From assembly GCA_965662235.1 (NCBI GenBank), contig CBFIGY010000030.1, positions 1-37,755 of the forward strand: a stretch of DNA of 37,755 nt. Direction: 5' to 3'. The first letter of the stretch is position 1, and each line of letters begins with the position of its first letter. The translations under genes were made by a program, and so were the position numbers. Of the stretch, positions 36,931 through 37,755 are shown one piece after another. Under the pieces are notes generated by a model. The model saw nothing but the letters and a program-made list of their open reading frames with translations. It was not told the DNA's origin and ran no database searches. Source of the DNA: an uncultured bacterium (GTDB lineage Bacteria; SAR324; NAC60-12).

Positions 36931-37755
36931 ATGTCGCGATGTCACCTGCTCCGAGAATCTTCTTCCTACTTTTTCCGCTCATACGTTCCCCTTGACCTCC
37001 AGAGCACGCTCGGGGGAAGAAAGATCCTGAAGCTCGCTCTTCCAGCAGTAAAGCGAGTCGAAGCGAAGAGGTTGGCCAACCACCTCTACGCGGTTGCGCA
37101 GGCCCTCTACGAGCAAGTTCGGCGCGGCGAAAGCGTCAACATCGAGCAGATCAAGGGGCGACTCCGAACAGAGCTCCTCAGCATCAGCGGGCGCCCCCCT
37201 TCCCCTATTTCCGCAGAACTCAGCGGCGTCAACCCTGCCGAACAGCTCGAAGAAGCCCATGGTAAAACCAAACCTCCCAGGCGCTTCGAGTCCAACGCTT
37301 GCCTGGAGAATGAGATTTTAGCGATGCTTGAGACTCAAGGAGTTCGGAATGTAGATCAAGCCTCGTGTGAATTTCAGAAAATTAAAGAGCATTACTTAGA
37401 AATAAAAGAATTAGCAAGCCAGTCGATAGGAGGAATAAATAATAAGGGAAGAGTCGAAAATATAGGTTCCTAATCTGGAAAGATCACGTTCAGGATTTCG
37501 GATCTCAGAGATAAGTTTATTGAGCGGAGAAAAGAGTCATTCAATAAGGGTTTGTTGAACGAATATAAAACACTACTAAACGATTTAATCGAGATTATGG
37601 GCGACGTCGAGATCGATACTCTCACTAAAAGAATAATCAACGACCAGTATATTGAGACTCAGAAGAAGCTGCCGATAAATAGAAGAAAGAATCCAAGATA
37701 CCGCGACAAAAATATAAATGAAATTTTGCGATTAAGTAACGTCATTCCTCAGAGC
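36931..37755 (+). pseudogene. DUF6538-type tyrosine integrase N-terminal part, interrupted by an in-frame TAA at 37471-37473 and running off the window
   Basis: YFFRSYVPLDLQ..GGRKILKLAL N-terminus. After the TAA the same frame stays open for 94 codons (RISDLRDKFIE..EYKTLLNDLIEIMGDVEIDTLT..KKLPINRRKNPRYRDKNINEIL), resembling the core-binding region of these integrases. The catalytic domain is not in the window. Confidence 0.75.

Larger units (their letters stand above)
36763..37755. mobile_element. Left end of a genomic island/integrative element at ssrA
   Basis: Integrase-like gene immediately 3' of the tmRNA gene, with a sharp drop in GC; the second att site is not in the window. Confidence 0.72.

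Noticed and set aside
1..37755. CRISPR array or IS element
   Set aside because: No regularly spaced repeats, cas genes, transposase or terminal inverted repeats were seen

Overview
GC-rich (about 60%) bacterial chromosomal window, densely coding, with a free-living aquatic heterotroph character. A SAR324/deltaproteobacteria-like host is my impression only and cannot be shown from the sequence. Left to right: (1) a 5'-truncated CxxCH/DUF1588-like protein paired with a Tat-exported DUF1501 protein; (2) a ~15 kb SorC-regulated sugar/polyol catabolic locus with an ABC transporter, two FGGY kinases, two class II aldolase-fold proteins, two HAD phosphatases, an AraM/EgsA-like glycerol-1-phosphate dehydrogenase, an SDR and a Gfo/Idh/MocA oxidoreductase; (3) ugpBAEC followed by an EEP-fold phosphoesterase instead of ugpQ; (4) TetR, ABC1 kinase and HDAC-family genes; (5) a UvrD-type helicase, ftsY, a prepilin gene, a 60-aa ORF behind a sigma54-like promoter, an atypical MotA/ExbB plus ExbD-like pair, a secreted hypothetical protein and a CryB/PhrB-type FeS photolyase; (6) a one-piece tmRNA gene (tag ANNADYTPARAAVAA) followed by the start of an integrated element whose DUF6538-type integrase has an in-frame stop and an internal GC step. 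No CRISPR array, rRNA or canonical tRNA was seen. All assignments come from motifs recognised by eye; no database searches were run.
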